Part shown: one piece after another, positions 37,534-51,039 of the stretch | How the letters are laid out: every line of letters begins with the position of its first letter | Numbering within the stretch: position 1 is the stretch's first letter | DNA from: Entomortierella parvispora E1425 | Lineage: Eukaryota > Fungi > Mortierellomycota | Length of the DNA stretch: 64,000 nucleotides | NCBI GenBank assembly: GCA_020891255.1 | Contig: BQFW01000010.1 | Coordinates: forward strand, 1,178,001 to 1,242,000 | Direction: 5' to 3' | The notes under the pieces: model-generated | Seen by the model: only the letters and a program-made list of their open reading frames with translations | Databases searched by the model: none | What the model was told of the DNA's origin: nothing | Position numbers and translations under genes: made by a program

Positions 37534-39739
37534 TGTACATGTCCCCTGTACCTTTGCCGTCTTTTACGGGTGTCGTCGGGAATGAACTCTATTACGGACA
37601 AACGTAAAATGAACAACTGACACCATCCATCCTCCTACAAAACGAAAAATACTCTTCATTCACCCGTCCTATAGCTCGTTGGATTGCAATAGGATACTAC
37701 TGGCGAGGACAACGCCACAGAGTCGAATCGGTCTTAGATGAAAGCGATGACTGGTCCTAAAGCTCGTCACTGATCAGATTAGGAACACGGCGAGAGCAGA
37801 AGGAAGTGAAAGGCGAAGTGAAAGAGTGTGGCAGGGGGACGCCTGTCTCTTCATTTGAAATCTAGGGGGATGTGGCAGGGCAGGAAGAATGACCTTGCAC
37901 AATGGTTCCGAAAGGGTCCCAAGTTATGGGAGGGGTCAACATCTTTCTTATCGACTATCACCTGTCTTTGACATTGGAGTACACGCGACCATAGTCGCAC
38001 ACATAGAAGATTGAGCAAACGGATTTAACAGCAGGTATCCCTATTATTAATGCCGCGGATCGCCGGTCCAACGTGAAGGACATTGGTTGAAAGGAGGGCG
38101 GTATCCTTTGAGGTTGGCTCAGTTGCAGGTGGAAAAGACGCCGAGAATTCAGGTTGAGCCAATGGGCCTTTTTTGTTTTGTTTTGTTTTGTTTTGTTTGT
38201 GGATCAGTGAAAAGCGCCCGGTAAACTTTTGAATACATGGAGTGCAGCCCTGGCCCAAGAACAAAGAATGCAACCGTGGGGACTTGCCGTCTTCTTGTCC
38301 TACCCATAAGAGCGAACACACAAGAGGTGATGTATTTATTTTCTGTCAAAACGGCGAAAGACTTTATTTTCACTAGCCCAGGAAAATGAGGTCCTGGACC
38401 TTTTTTTTGGGCTTCTCTCCCTTTTTTGTTCTCCTTCAGAGTCGATGTTTAGCATGATGATGGACCAAAGAAGCGAAAGAATCACCATGCGCGCGTGTTT
38501 GTCGGAGGAGAGGGAGGAGGACCATCAGCCTGACGGCGTCAGCGGGCGTCAACTGCGATGCCTCTTTGGGCTTATTATTTGGGAGGCATTCTTTGGTAAG
38601 GAAATGTCTCGTTCGAATCCTGGTAAAAAAACAAAATACAACTCAAAAAAAAAAAAGAAGGCCCAAAATCAGACATTAGAAACAGAAACATGACAACTCG
38701 TCAGTGAACCCACTCAGACACTTGCAACACCACCATTCAGAACCCTCGTGGCAGTGCACCCTGTCGGGCGACCGTTGGGTGTCCTCTCCATGTAACTGAA
38801 TAAGGGAGGGTGGAGTTGGGGGTGCAGTCTGGTACATGTAGTTCAACTCTAATCCACTCGCCCGGCCGCCAATTGGATCTTGAAGAGCGAACTGGTCTTT
38901 AGGCACACGGACACGTCAAGAGGGAAACTGTATAAAAACCCTTGGCCGATTTTCCTTTTCTTTTTTTCTTCTCTCGCTCTCCATCTTTTCTGATCAATCA
39001 ATCCTCCTTGCCGCCTTCTTGTCTCCACCTCCTTGAATATTTCCCGACCAAAAGGACAACACCGCATCCTCACACATTCTGTTGACCGTTCCTGTCTTAG
39101 TCTGTAAGTTCCCACCCTCTTTTCGCCTGTCCTTCCCATTCTTGTACTCCTTTGTCCTCAGTATCTTTGCTCCGCAATTTGAGGTCTCGTACCTCTCGCT
39201 TATTTTTCAAGACAACCTTCAATGCAGGTGTTCTGAATGTATGTCAGTTCATACCAGGCCCTGCAGCGTTTCGCCTCTTTTTTCTCCGCTCAACCACCTG
39301 TTGTGTCTTGCAATTCGTTTCTGCCATACCTGTTCTCTTTTGGTACCGAACGCTCGATCGTTTGAGCGAAACAAAGAGCAGGGAAAGCGGAGGGAAAATG
39401 ATGTACGATATTTCCCAGGATTGTTTTTGTGATTTAGATACTGCACGTCCTTTTTCTTTTACCAGGGACCAACCGACCAACCACCACAACAAAAACAAAC
39501 AAACAAAAAACAGAAAAAAAAAAATCTCTAAAAAAACGAGTACTGACCGTATCTCTTTTTTCCCTTTCTTTTCTTCTCTTTCACCTTGTCGCCGAATTGA
39601 CATCCGATTGACATTCTACTCCACTCTTGCCTCCTTGTCGCTTTGCCTACTTGCCACATTGTAACTATAATACTCATAGCCAACCTTAAAAACGTACGCC
39701 CCCAACCATCCTAAGCAAGAACTCCTATAACAGTTATCG

Positions 39740-41410
39740 ATGAACACCCACGGTCAAGTCGACGCCTACGCCGATGAGCACTTAAAGACACTGCAGGAAC
39801 GCGGCAAAGTAGCCAGCTTCTTTTATACGCTCTTCAGACCATTGGGCATCATGCTTACGTTCCTTCGTCGTCGTACCAACATCACTATCTGGATTGTGGT
39901 GGCCATGATTTCTGGCATCCTTTTCGGCCAGTTCGCCCCCAAGGCTGCCGTCACTCTTGCACCCCTAGGAAGAGTTTTCATTCGTATGATTCAATGCGTT
40001 GTCGTAAGTCCCCTCCCCCTCCCCCTCTCCTTTGCAAACCACCTTTTGTGGCATTCAATTGGGCGACGGTTTCTCACCCTTCTTTCGCTATTCATTCTTT
40101 AGGGTCCCCTTATTTTCTCAACCTTGGTCGTTGGTATTGCTGGTCACGGCGACGATCTTGTACGCGTTGGCCGTCTTGCTCTGAAGTCCATTGTCTACTT
40201 TGAAGTCGTTACCACCTTTGCTTTGATCATTGGTCTTTTGTCCGTCAACTTGACCAAGCCTGGCCACGGATTCAGCATGGTTGACCTCGACGCCCCCGAA
40301 AATTCTGGCAAGCCCATCACTTGGGTCACGGAGATGGAGTCGATTGTCCCTCAGTCGTTCTTTGAAGCCTTGGCCGACCATGCTGCCGTTCTCGCGATTG
40401 TTTTCTGCGCCATCATGTTCTCGGTCGCCATCATGCGCGCGGACGCCCAGTCCAAGAAGGTCATGCTTGCTTTCAACTCGTCCCTGTCCTTGATCATGTT
40501 TAAGGTTGTCGAGTTGATCATGAACTACGCTCCCTTCGGTATTGGTTTTGCCTTGGCTGCCACCGTTGGTGAGCACGGTCTCAAGGCTGTCGCTGTCGCT
40601 GGACGTCTTGTCGGAACTCTTTACGGAACCTTGATCGTGTTTGCACTCTTGATCTTCCTGCCCATCATCTTGCTGTGCCGTCTCCCCCTCCGTGATTTCT
40701 TCAAGGCCGTCAGTCAGCCCTTCATCATGGCTTTTGCCACTGCTTCTTCCGAGTCGGCCTTGCCCAAGGCCATGGAGAACATGATCGAATTCGGATGCCC
40801 ACCCGAGATTGTCGCTTTCGTCATCCCCACCGGTTACTCCTTCAACTTGGACGGTTCGACCCTGTACTTGGCTTTGGCCGCGATGTTCTGCGCTCAGGTG
40901 GCTGGTGTTACAAAGACGTTGGGAGAGCAGATTGTCATCATGGTCACCTTGATGCTGAGTTCCAAGGGAGTGGCCGCCGTCCCTCGTGCTTCCTTCATTG
41001 TCTTGACCGCCACCTTGGCCAATGCCAACATCCCCTTGCAACCCTTGTCCTTGATCATGGGTGTGGATGCCTTCATGGATATGGCCCGTACCTCGATCAA
41101 CGTTCTTGGTAACATGACCGCCTGCGCCGTCATCGCCAAGTGGGAGGGCGAGTTCCGCAACGAGGCTTGGCACGCTCGCCAGGCCGGTCTCACCGCCGAT
41201 ACCTTGAGCATGGATGAGGTCGAGGGCCAAGAGTACAACGCAACCCACCACCATTCCCATGGAAGCCCCGTTGTCCGCGACAACACCTTGGGCGGCCTGC
41301 ACGCCGAGAAGATATCGATCCACTCTGTGCACTCGACCTCTTCTGGCTTTGATGGCAACCACGGCACTGCCACCCATCGTCAGAATCACCATGGAGACCA
41401 GATTGTTTAA
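39740..41410 (+). CDS. Dicarboxylate/amino acid:cation symporter (DAACS/SDF; GltP/DctA-like)
   Basis: Exon 39740-40003, intron GTAAGT 40004..AG 40102, exon 40103-41410. Motifs AFATASSESALPKAMENM, FVIPTGYSFNLDGSTLY and GVDAFMDMARTSINVLGN. Confidence 0.93.
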
Positions 41411-41830
41411 AGCGCTCCTTTGTTACCCCACTCTTAACCGCACCAACTTCTACAAGAGTCCTTAGAGTCCCTTATTGAATGCTCTCCTTTCATATCCTGT
41501 ATAATACCCACATTCTTGAATAAAAAAACAAAACAAAAAAAAAATCCCAATCTATGTTCATAGTCCTATTAACGCTTTAGTGTTGCACAGTTGAGACCAC
41601 ACCCACTGCGAACGAAAAGCGAAAAGCACTCATGTTGTCGAGAACTTAAGTCTTCAGTAATTGGAGCTTTTGAAGACAGAATCAGTATAAGGGAAGGAGG
41701 AGTCTCCCCGTTGCTTGCGAAATTGTTATTGATCCAGCATTTTATTTGGTATGTACAGAAGGTAAAGAAACAAAGTGTTTTCGTTTTTTTGGTATAAGGT
41801 ATGGTGATGTAGTACCCTCACTCCGTCTCC

Positions 41831-43760
41831 TTAATGATGGGTTTTCTCATTGAGCATGCTCTCATGGATCGACTGGGCCTCGACCTGCATGTCCTCAATG
41901 TCCTTGTTACTGGGCACAGGGCCGTGACGGTCAATGATGGGTTCGGAGGACATGGGTGGGTTGGCAGGCAGGAGCGCGTTCAGCACACAGCTGATGATGG
42001 CGCCGAGAGCAAAGCCCGTATCCAACACAATGTTTGCCGTGTTGATCAACGAGAGCACAAAGGCGTTCGTGCCAGAGTAATGGAACATGTGGGTCAACAC
42101 GCCCGGGACCAAGGCCGTGCCCATGCCCAACGTCAATGCACTCGCCACAATGAAGCGCTCTCGGCGTGTCCAGGGCAAGAAGGACAAGATACGAATACCG
42201 GACACGACCACACTGGCAAACAGGAATGTGGTCATGCCTCCAAGGACGGGGTCGGGCACCATCAGGAAGAGGGCTCCAAATTTAGAAAAGACACCCATGA
42301 GGATCAAGAAGATACAGCACATGTAACCGGCCATGGTGTTCGCGCAACGGGTCAAGGATATGATGCCGTTGTTCTGGGCGTAACAGCTCATGGGTGAGTT
42401 CATGCAGAGGGGAGCCAAGACACCGGCAATACCGTCGGCCAAGATGCCGCCCTGAAGACGTGATTCAAACTCACGACCCTCGACCGACAACTTGGAGACT
42501 TCGCACGAAGCTGTGATGTCACCAATGGACTCGACCATGGCCAAGGTATACGTGATGAGCAGCGGAATAATGGCTGGAGGGTAGATCGACAGCCTGTAGG
42601 TCTGGAGCCAGAGGAAAGTGACGGTAGGCGCGGCATCGATGGAAGCACTGTTGGTGTAGCCCAAAGCAACAGACACGACCATGCCGACGATCAAGCCGAT
42701 CACGACCTGAGCGTTTTTCATGAAGGGCGATCCAAAGAACTCGACAATCATTATCACAGAGAAAACCAAGAATCCGAGCCCGATCCATTGAGCATCACCC
42801 CAGGGGGCTGCCCGAGGAGCGCTGTTGCTTGGGCAGTTGACAAAGGGGCCAGTTGTGGGGTTGGACTTGCAAGGGCCGCTTCCACCACCCCATTGTGACA
42901 TGCCAGAGGTGACGAGATGGACTCCAATGAGCATGACGGTGACACCAGTGACAATGGGAGGGAAGACCTTCTTGAGCACACGAGGAGGCAAGAACGAGAG
43001 GATGATGGGCAGAACAGAGCAAACCATGCAGGTTCCAAGGAAGGCGCCCCAAGCATCGGGGCAAGGCAAGTACGATCGAATACCAGCGGCGTCAACGGTA
43101 CTCTTGCAGAAACCAGAGGCGTACATGTTGGCGACCGAGCTCTGCAGCACGGGCAGGAAGATGAAGGAAGTACCGACAACGGACAACAGACCCGTGCCTA
43201 CAAAATAAGGGGTCTTTGCTATCCTGAACCGCGTGATCTGGACAAAAGACAAGAGACCAGACGTGATCAAGGATGTAGACACCATCTGGGAACGCATCTT
43301 GTCTGGAACGTTCAGACCGTGATCGCCTGTTCCGGACATGATAATAGCGGGAGTAACGACACCAGCAATCATTGCCAACGCGTGTTGGAAACCTACAGTC
43401 GATAAGAACCGGGGCTCGATTAGATATCAATTGACTTTGATTCAACAATGAAAGCCAATATCGCGGTATCTTACCCATGATAATGGCCAAAACGAGAGGC
43501 AGTCTATCTTTGAGACCAAAGAAAGGAGGGATTCTCGTTACCGTGAACCCGGGTAGGGTAGGCATGCAAAGGAAGCCATAGTCGTAGTCGCCGAGCCAGC
43601 CAGATCGAGTTCCGACAGATTGCTGGACAGTCTGCCATGTTGGCATCTTGCCGACGGTATGGGATAGATCTACATCCTCGTCCCTGGTGCGATTTGCCTG
43701 GGGATCAAGGATGAAGACAGGCGAGGGAGTGGCCTCGGGAGCCTGTGTGATTTCTGGCAT
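41831..43760 (-). CDS. uapA: Xanthine/uric acid permease, NAT/NCS2 family (UapA/UapC-like)
   Basis: Exon 43760-43475, intron 43474-43393, then GFQHALAM (TM1 QH motif) and the NAT signature AQNNGIISLTRCAN; many TM helices. Confidence 0.92.
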
Positions 43761-45876
43761 GGATCAAAAGGCTGTGTTGAAAAAGGAAATGACCGTCGGA
43801 TGAGGAGCAAAGGAACCAGGGGAGAGGAGAGTGAAGGAGAGGAGAGGCTGTTGAGATCAAGTCTGAGGAATAGAAGAGAAAAGTGAAACGTTGGCCATCC
43901 TCGGGTGGTTTTTATACCCACCCATCTCAACAAACCTGCCACAAAACAACAAACGCGCCTCAAACCCGAACCCAAAGAGACACAAGCGCAGCTTGGCCTT
44001 GTGTTTGCCAGGGATCGAGACGAGTCCAAACCAAATGGCCGGGAATGGCATGTCAACAAATGCGGGGTCGTCTCAGCTCCGGTTTTGTTTACCCTTCTCC
44101 ACTTTTCTTCTTAATGAAGCGGTCCTTTTTGGTTCACTCTCGTTTGTTACCCCACCCAACACTGTCCAATACCGGGCGATTTGGGGGATACCTATTGGGA
44201 CATGATGGATGCTAAGTAGCACAAGGAAAAGGATTGAGCAGACGCCCCAAAGCGTAAAACAATGGGCCACGATTCGCGGGGAGTTCTCTTCTTTCTTTCA
44301 TGACCAAAGGGCTAGGCTACAACGAATTAGCAAAGGCAAAACTCCCACATTGGAGTGGACAGGCGGTGATATTAGAAAACAGGGTCTACAAGATGAATCC
44401 CGATCGTTCTCTCAAGATTTAATCTGCAGACAAGCGGCGTGCCGCGCAACTTCCTTCGGATCTAGACACCTGGTTGGCACTGTCTCGACTCAGCTCTGAG
44501 CAAATCGGGTCCTCGCAAAGATAGAAGGTCAGATCAAGGGCTGGACAGCAAGCAGAAGGAAGACAAGCACGGATGCAACGCAAAATAAAGTTGCCCGCGT
44601 TTGTGTGTGCTCTCTGGTGGCGATTCCTCGGTAAACGTGGTCTCTCTCGTGATGACTGATACACGGCAACAGACTGCAACTATGAGGACACACACGATAG
44701 CAGACAAACATTTAGTCATTCCGTTCAGTCATTCAAGACTCAACAGAACTCTACTCGAGAGGGAAGATAGTTGGCTGTTGAGCCCCATGGGTCAGCGGAC
44801 ACATGTGAGGAGGAGAACAATGTGCTCTAATCCAATCCGACGCACCTTTGGCCATCTTCGTCACCGCCTGCGTGTAATTCAACCCCACCTTGCTTTCCAA
44901 GGTTCGCCCCCTGGACCACCATCGTATTAACCCCGACCTGGCTCTGCTGTCACAGAGTCAAAAGGTGCTTCACTGTCTCTACCCCGCATTTTCTAATCCA
45001 ACCATCAATCGAAGAATTCTCCCCTCCAGATGCTGCGGTTGCACTCGTGCATCGATCACCGCATGCACCACCTTGAATCTTGGTTTTGGGGTCTGAACAT
45101 GAAGAGTGAGGGGACCCCCTGCAGGCCAAGTCGCCTCAACCCCCCCTTCTTGCCTTCCCAAATGCGTACCATGTCCCATGCACCCCATTTCGTAAAAATG
45201 TGCCAACAGAGACACTGCCGCACGGAAGTCACCTTCCGATCCTTGTCTGTCCTTGTGCGCAAAACCTGCCTGTTTTTATTGTACCATTCGTGGGTAGGTT
45301 CGATCGCAATTGACTATATGATGCCAAGAAAAGAATGGACTTGGCCCTACATGAAAATGACAGTCGAACCATTAGCAGAGGAGTCTTTACCCCAGTTGCC
45401 ATGATGGCTCTATCCGTTTTGAGACGCCTTTCTTTCTTGACACCTGTGTGATTTCCATTGCGCACATTTGACCAACGACATTGAGCTAGTTGCCCGTTTT
45501 TTTTTCTCTCTCGTTTGGCGCTCTTTAATGTCTTCTCCTTTTCTTTTCTTCTTGAGTGCAAAAGGATGCATATTGCCCGCATTTGTAAGTGATCGAAACT
45601 TCCGTTCGAGGGAAGAAGGTCATGAGGACTAAGAACAACCAAAAGTCCTCTTCTAGCTTCGGCATTGCGCCCAAATTCTCATCCAAAAAGTCTTGCAACG
45701 CGGGGAATAGTGCAATGATTACCGGAAGCAAGTCCCAAAGAAGCAAATGCAGACATCAACACAAAACGCCATGGTCATAGTTCAATGTCCTGAAATAAAG
45801 TTGGCCGCTCCTGTGCGCTTTTGTGCAACAAATAGTTGGTAGAATACCTGAACAGTATGTCAGGGCTGATCATCTC

Positions 45877-45908
<32 letters not shown>
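45877..45908. repeat. Compound microsatellite (TA)9(TG)7
   Basis: Seen directly in the sequence. Confidence 0.9.
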
Positions 45909-46346
45909 ATGTTCCTCGCGAGGAGAATGAGAAAATTCGGTTCTCCACACAGAATATGATTCTATGCTGGCTGCATGTACTGGAGCAAGAAAAAAAAATG
46001 GAAGTAAAGTAAAACTAGGTGTCCAGAGGCGCAATCGAAAAGTCAGGAAACAAGGAGTTAGGCCATCGGTCAGCAGCATGTAACGCGCAACAGCTCGTTC
46101 AACTCGAAAGAGTGTGCCCCTAGGGCCATTTTTATTTTGCAAAGCAATCGGTCATATTTCCTATTTTTTTTTTTTTTGTATCCAATGACACAAAAACGCC
46201 AAGAGTAGAGCTAGACTCTGTCTTCCACAAGAGTGAGTAACTACTTGTGCTGTGCATGGATGTGAGGAAAGAAAGAACACAATGGAGAGAAAGCAAGATT
46301 GCATGATATGAAAACTGAAGTAAACGTATGAGTGAAGAAATCTACG

Positions 46347-47921
46347 TCAGTCCATGCAGTCCATCACGAGCGACTGAAGAGAGGGTGTATTCTTCATGTA
46401 CTCAAGAATGGCTTTCAATCGCCATTCCTGTTTCTCATCCTCGGTCATAACATCAAATACATCTCTCATATCCGCAACATCACTTCTTGGGAGGAAATCG
46501 ATGTCTGTCGCTTCTCTTTGAAAATTCCCCCCTTGTGAAGAAGATACAGATTCTTCGGGCCATATGGCAGTTTCCTTACGCGTCATCCGAATTGAATCGC
46601 GGAGAAGACATCGTCTCCGATAAGGTGTGTTCTCTGTGGCCTCAGCGGCAGGAATGTCCGAGATGTCTGAGATGGGCTCGTGAGCAATTGCTTGGAGTAA
46701 AGCTGCTCCATCCTGAAGTCCAAATGTGCAACTCACGATCGCGCCCGGTTCCAGCCAGAAAAAATGCCACGACGATCTCAGGTCCGTGAGAATTATCACA
46801 GGGTTGAAACTTGACGACATACTTGCCGACAAGAGTTGCAAAGTTGCCTGCATGAGGTTTTCTTCGTTAATACTCCTCTTTAGTTCAATACCGACTTGAA
46901 GTCCAGCAGAGTGACTCCAGGCCATGTCGTATTCTTTCCCCATAATTGCCAAATCGACAGTCCCCCTGAGGTTACATATGGTACTGGCCACCCTGGTAGA
47001 AAGGAGGTTAATCCTCTTCGATGCATCGTAAAAGATGGTGTTGGTGGGAAGGCTGATGTTCGTCTCCAACCACTCCAGGTAGTCCTTAGCTTGAGCATTC
47101 TCCTTTGCGCTGCCCCAGATGAAAGGCTGGATCTGCTTCTGAGTAGAAGCGGAATGGGCAACAGATTCAACAGAAAAGCTAACAACTCGTGTCGAGAGAC
47201 CGTGCTCCGCAAGAATCTGGTCAAACATGGCCTTTGTGATTCTTGAGAATGGAATATCATGTTTGCTCTCGCGTTGGATGTCTATGTCATTAGAGAGGAC
47301 GAGGAAATGAGATGAATGGCCTTGGCTGATCATTTGATGCCATCAAATTGATATCCTACCTTCCAGCTGAAACGTTGATGGGCTAAAGCTACGCTTGGAG
47401 CCTGCGGCTTGTGTACCAGAAAAAGCAAAGTTCAGTTTGACAACAAAAGATAGGTACAACTCATCAACAAGGACACCTAGAATACCTGGAGACATATCCG
47501 AAGACGAGGTAGAAGCTACAAGAAGAGCCAGAAAACGTGAGTAAATACCATGAATAGATAATACAACGAAATTTCATACGACGACATAGCCTGTTACATT
47601 ACGTTGTGGGGGCAATTCAACAACAATATACACACGTTGAAGGTCGGGAACACCTGGAAAGTGAGTCTGAAGATTATCAAGCTCATCAAGCTCAACAAGC
47701 CCTTCGAGGCTTGCAGTTGCAGCAGGCAACTCTACCTTCGTAGCTCCGTGTTTGATAAGGAAGAGAGCAAGCTCTGACGGTCCGAAGTTGTTGAGTGTTT
47801 TTTCTTTCTCCATGATTTTGTTCTTGAGTCTGCTGACAGTTTGGGAGGACTCGACATCGACAAGGAATGACCTCGAGGCACCTCTTACAATACAATTCAA
47901 AGACAGCATCTTGCTGGCCAT
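46347..47921 (-). CDS. Crinkler (CRN)-family effector-like protein, copy 1 (~440 aa): ubiquitin-like header + PD-(D/E)xK REase-like domain
   Basis: Exons 47921-47603, 47515-47486, 47401-47360 and 47281-46347, all phase 1 and GT-AG. Header LSLNCIVRG..SFLVDV..SQTVSRLKNKI...ELALFLIK (LFLAK-like)...RVYIVVELP (HVLV-like). Core GTVD...GIELKR...QATLQL. Confidence 0.85.
47045..47919. repeat. ~875-bp direct duplication, copy A
   Basis: Matches 49091-49965 at a constant offset of 2046. No mismatch was seen by eye in exons or in the three introns. Confidence 0.9.
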
Positions 47922-48319
47922 GGTGTTTTCGGGCATGGAAGCTGACGTAGGAGCTGGTTGAAAGGATGTTTTCGTCATGGAATGGCTCGAGTGGCTCTGT
48001 GGTTGGCGCAATGAGCTCTCCTTTGGTCCTGCACCAAGATTTCTGGATGTTTCCTTCCCTTCGCCTCTAATCCAGGACAACATTGTGGAATCGGGATGAA
48101 TCGTTCGTGCAAATGCTGCTAGTAGTTTGGGGAAAGAAAAAGCGTCGCCTGACATTTTGTTCTAAATGCAGCACAAAAGCATTGGCCTCCAAGATTTCGC
48201 GCAATGAGATCTCCAACTGACACGAAGGCTTTTTTTCTTTCTTTCCCAATCCCCCTACCATTATTAGTCCGCACAGCACCCTTTGTCCGTTCACGGCCAG
48301 TTTCTTGACACATTTGGCA

Positions 48320-48522
<203 letters not shown>

Positions 48523-48626
48523 AATCAGTGGACGACAAATGATGCGAATTATACGCCGTACAAGGTGATTTTTTAATTGTTAATCATCCTGACTTTTTTG
48601 TCCTTGGCGAGGTGGTTTCAGGTGAG

Positions 48627-49955
48627 TTAAAAAGTAGCCTCCTCGAGCGTGCATCGTTTCCTATACGGAGCATTCTCGGTAGGCACAGAGACTTGCAAGG
48701 CTGTGTCTGAGATGGGCTCGTGTGCAATTGTTTGGAGTAAAGCTGCTCCATCCTGAAGTCCAAATGTGCAACTCACGATCACGCCCAGCTCCAGCCAAAA
48801 AAAATACCACGATGAGCTCAGGTCAGTGAGAACCACCACAGGCTTATAGCTTGACGAGATGCTTGCCGACAGGAGCTGCAAAGTTGCTTGCATGGATGAT
48901 CGCAAGTCAGTGTTTCTCAACACCTTTTTCAACTCCATTGCTATCTGAATTCCACCACTGCAGTTTGTACTGTCGGCATACTCCTTGCCCACAATGACTA
49001 CGTCTGTGGTGCCTTTGATCTGTATGTCCTTCGCCAACCTCGCAGTAAGGAGGTTGATCCTCTTCGATGCATCGTAAAAAATAGTGTTGATGGGAAGGCT
49101 GATGTTCGTCTCCAACCACTCCAGGTAGTCCTTAGCTTGAGCATTCTCCTTTGCGCTGCCCCAGATGAAAGGCTGGATCTGCTTCTGAGTAGAAGCGGAA
49201 TGGGCAACAGATTCAACAGAAAAGCTAACAACTCGTGTCGAGAGACCGTGCTCCGCAAGAATCTGGTCAAACATGGCCTTTGTGATTCTTGAGAATGGAA
49301 TATCATGTTTGCTCTCGCGTTGGATGTCTATGTCATTAGAGAGGACGAGGAAATGAGATGAATGGCCTTGGCTGATCATTTGATGCCATCAAATTGATAT
49401 CCTACCTTCCAGCTGAAACGTTGATGGGCTAAAGCTACGCTTGGAGCCTGCGGCTTGTGTACCAGAAAAAGCAAAGTTCAGTTTGACAACAAAAGATAGG
49501 TACAACTCATCAACAAGGACACCTAGAATACCTGGAGACATATCCGAAGACGAGGTAGAAGCTACAAGAAGAGCCAGAAAACGTGAGTAAATACCATGAA
49601 TAGATAATACAACGAAATTTCATACGACGACATAGCCTGTTACATTACGTTGTGGGGGCAATTCAACAACAATATACACACGTTGAAGGTCGGGAACACC
49701 TGGAAAGTGAGTCTGAAGATTATCAAGCTCATCAAGCTCAACAAGCCCTTCGAGGCTTGCAGTTGCAGCAGGCAACTCTACCTTCGTAGCTCCGTGTTTG
49801 ATAAGGAAGAGAGCAAGCTCTGACGGTCCGAAGTTGTTGAGTGTTTTTTCTTTCTCCATGATTTTGTTCTTGAGTCTGCTGACAGTTTGGGAGGACTCGA
49901 CATCGACAAGGAATGACCTCGAGGCACCTCTTACAATACAATTCAAAGACAGCAT
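48627..49955 (-). CDS. Crinkler (CRN)-family effector-like protein, copy 2 (~359 aa, C-terminus 78 aa shorter than copy 1)
   Basis: Exons 49955-49649, 49561-49532, 49447-49406 and 49327-48627. The header is identical to copy 1. Core GTTD...AMELKK...QATLQL. The start may be extended upstream (MELSAINTAASKM). Confidence 0.8.
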
Positions 49956-49965
49956 CTTGCTGGCC
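49091..49965. repeat. ~875-bp direct duplication, copy B
   Basis: See 47045-47919. Confidence 0.9.
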
Positions 49966-50529
49966 GCGGTGTTAATCGCACTGAGCTCCATTGACTCGGG
50001 CGAAACACTGCCTGGAGTCTGTTTTCCTTTGCTCCTGTTGCTTGAAGTCGAGAAGTTCAGGCCCTTCCGTTTCCACATGTTGGTTTGAAGTTGAATGGTT
50101 CACGAGTGCAGTGATCGGGTAAGGTAGGTATACACAGAGAGAAGATAAAGAGACGGACATACACTCACAGAGCGAGAGAGGGGGGGGGGGATTGGGAACG
50201 GAAAAAAGGTCTTTGATGAGAGAAATTGCCTGCGAGGCCAAAGTGGGTTGAAGGTTAAAAGTGATTGAGGGCGAGAACGATCAGTGCTACGTGTGTGCAA
50301 TGAAGATCACCACTACAACAAATATCGGGCAGATTCAACATACACTCGCCAAGTGAAATGAACGAATACAGAATTTTTTATTGCAGATGCAAAACGAGAA
50401 CGGCCTTGTGTATGGTGTCTGTCTACTCTCTTTTTCTTGCACGTTCTTGACAAGTAGGCAACATTTGATTTATGACAGGCAGTGCAATCGTCGAACATTC
50501 GCCATTGCCTCAATCATTTTCTCGTACTC

Positions 50530-50930
50530 CTAACTGGTCTTCTTTAGGTGTGCATTGACCCTGGCTCTGCTTTTTGCTAACCATCGCCCTTCTTCGCATT
50601 GAGAGCGCCCCAGTGCATCCTCCAGTTCCTGTTTTGAGACCTTGTTCAGGGCGTGCACATATTCCCACTACTACACGAAGTCGGGACTCGAGGTCCATGT
50701 TTCCATTGCCGCCAATGCTATCCAATTTTTCCGCCATGGCCTCAGCCCTTTGTTCCGAGTCGTGCAAACGGCGGGAGCTCAGCAACTTCTCCTCGAGTCC
50801 CTCCTGGCTTTCTTGACTATTAGTGGTGTCGGCGTTCTTTTGGGCTGTTGGAGCTCGTCCTGCAGCTTCCAGTCCTTGAATCCGATCATCCTATTGTTGC
50901 TTGCTCTGTGTCCGCTTCTCGGCCTCCTCC
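50530..50930 (-). pseudogene. Decayed coiled-coil-like gene fragment
   Basis: Reads GEEAEKRTQSKQQ*DDRIQGLE...EEKLLSSRRLHDSEQRAEAMAEKL...ESRLRV, then after a +1 shift (~50670) EWEYVHALNKVSKQELEDALGRSQCEEGRWLAK...KKTS*. In-frame TAG at 50891-93. No family was recognised. Confidence 0.35.
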
Positions 50931-51039
50931 CCATTATGTTAGTACTTTGGCGGTGTCTAGGCATCACGTGGGTGTTGCTTAGCCCCCGTTAGCCTCGGAG
51001 CGGGATGAGTGTGCGGTCACGACAGACATCTGGAATACC

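Noticed and set aside
37509-37542. (GTACA)5 plus TGTACATGT palindromic core
   Set aside because: Indistinguishable from a simple pentanucleotide microsatellite; no evidence of function.
38611-38620. GTTCGAATCC resembling a tRNA T-loop/B-box
   Set aside because: The flanks do not form a T-stem (only one pair) and there is no cloverleaf or A-box upstream.
40118-41392. 424-aa antisense ORF over the DAACS gene
   Set aside because: Codon-register shadow of a GC3-rich CDS; no motifs.
45525-45746. 73-aa hydrophobic minus-strand ORF downstream of CRN1
   Set aside because: Starts at a non-ATG codon, has no splice partners or motif, and is too short to support.
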